A DNA stretch of 63,111 bases, filler included, from Reclinomonas americana ATCC 50394 (taxonomy: Eukaryota), in the NCBI GenBank assembly GCA_048213135.1. It is 5 parts of 2 records of this genome, joined end to end, with 100 filler letters (N's around TTAATTAATTAA, not from the genome) between each part and the next. Parts side by side here need not be neighbours in the genome. Positions count along the whole stretch, not along the records: positions 61,893 to 63,111 come from PS015025.1; 4 more parts are not named here. The stretch is one strand, 5' to 3'. The position numbers and the translations under genes are program-made. Positions 62,276 to 63,111 of the stretch are shown here, one piece after another; position 1 is the stretch's first letter; every line of letters starts with the position of its first letter. The notes beneath the pieces were generated by a model. It saw nothing but the letters and a program-made list of their open reading frames with translations. It had not been told where the DNA came from and did no database searches.

Positions 62276-62761
62276 TGCCTGTCGACTCTGGACTTTCCTC
62301 TTCTCCCTTGGTTGCATGTAGCAGAACTGCGCGAAGCATGCAACAATAAGACTGTGAGTGGCATGTATACGCGGCTGCAGCGTAGAAGGGGAACGCAACG
62401 ACGATGCAAAACACTGGAATAATGAGCATCATCAGGAATGCGAAGCAAACCAGCAAGCACATGTTCATCCTGGAGAGAAAGAAGCAGGTGAGGACGAGAG
62501 AAATGTTCCTAAGGCAGATGGCAAAGCGCAACTGGCTGTCTTTGATTGTCTTCTCAAACGGCCGCGTGAGTGCGTCCAGTTCATCGATCAGTCCGTAGTA
62601 CTCCGTGCTGGCGACTAATGGTCAAACAATGCTCGTATCAGTGCTGCATGTGCATACGTGACTCACGCATTCATCTGCGAGGGAATGAGTAAGTGCAGTG
62701 GCGATAATGCACAAATAAGATGGGAGACGCAACGTGCCGCAGGATCCACGGTGGCGGTGTG
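62276..62761 (-). CDS. Hypothetical membrane protein fragment (weak resemblance to Golgin A7/Erf4-like domains)
   Basis: Five small exons join as TPPPWILRH-MNA-TEYYGLIDELDALTRPFEKTIKDSQ-MNMCLLVCFAFLMMLIIPVFCIV-FCYMQPREKRKVQSRQA with introns of about 60-75 nt. Both ends are unresolved. Confidence 0.6.
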
Positions 62762-62972
62762 CTGCGCGTGAGGAAATGAAGTGTGAGGACAAGGATGAAA
62801 GAAACAAGAAAGAAAGCGAGAGGGAATGCTCTAAAACAGCTGGCACAGAATGATACAAGAAAGGAAAGCCTCATATCTACCAAACGCTTGACGAGAAAAG
62901 GGACGCAGGCATGCAAGAAGGAGAGACTATGGAGGAGAGACTGGAACCCAAGAGCGAAGAGAGATGAAATGT

Positions 62973-63111
<139 letters not shown>

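Noticed and set aside
62727-62734. Apparent TT-AG intron (cleavage one base later at a shifted donor)
   Set aside because: An 8-nt micro-exon at 62667-62674 restores the frame with ordinary GT-AG boundaries.

Overview
Genomic DNA from an intron-dense eukaryote (protist-like; not identifiable from this window) that uses the standard genetic code. It has (GA)n/(CT)n-rich introns, many N gaps, four artificial N-TTAATTAATTAA-N contig linkers and pyrosequencing-type noise at contig ends. The supplied ORF track is mostly uninformative because genes are split into many small exons, so I reconstructed gene models by hand. The window contains: three tandem paralogs of a secreted lectin-like/Cys-rich/Asp-box propeller protein; a ubiquitin ligase combining F-box, RZ finger and two U-boxes; RNA polymerase I second-largest subunit (28 exons); a half-size ABCA transporter; an SLC35B4/YEA4-like nucleotide-sugar transporter; a membrane-anchored cyclophilin; a small secreted acidic protein; a partial AzgA-family purine permease; a NACHT fragment; and other fragments. 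The main unexplained signal is in splicing. About a third of GT donors carry an extra T (GTT-GCGT, GTT-GAGT, GTT-ACGT, GTT-TCGT), which moves the usual +5G/+6T to +6/+7. This form is used mostly when the exon does not end in G (hand count 28/34 versus 4/61). There is also one AT-AC intron with an atypical ATATGCC donor.
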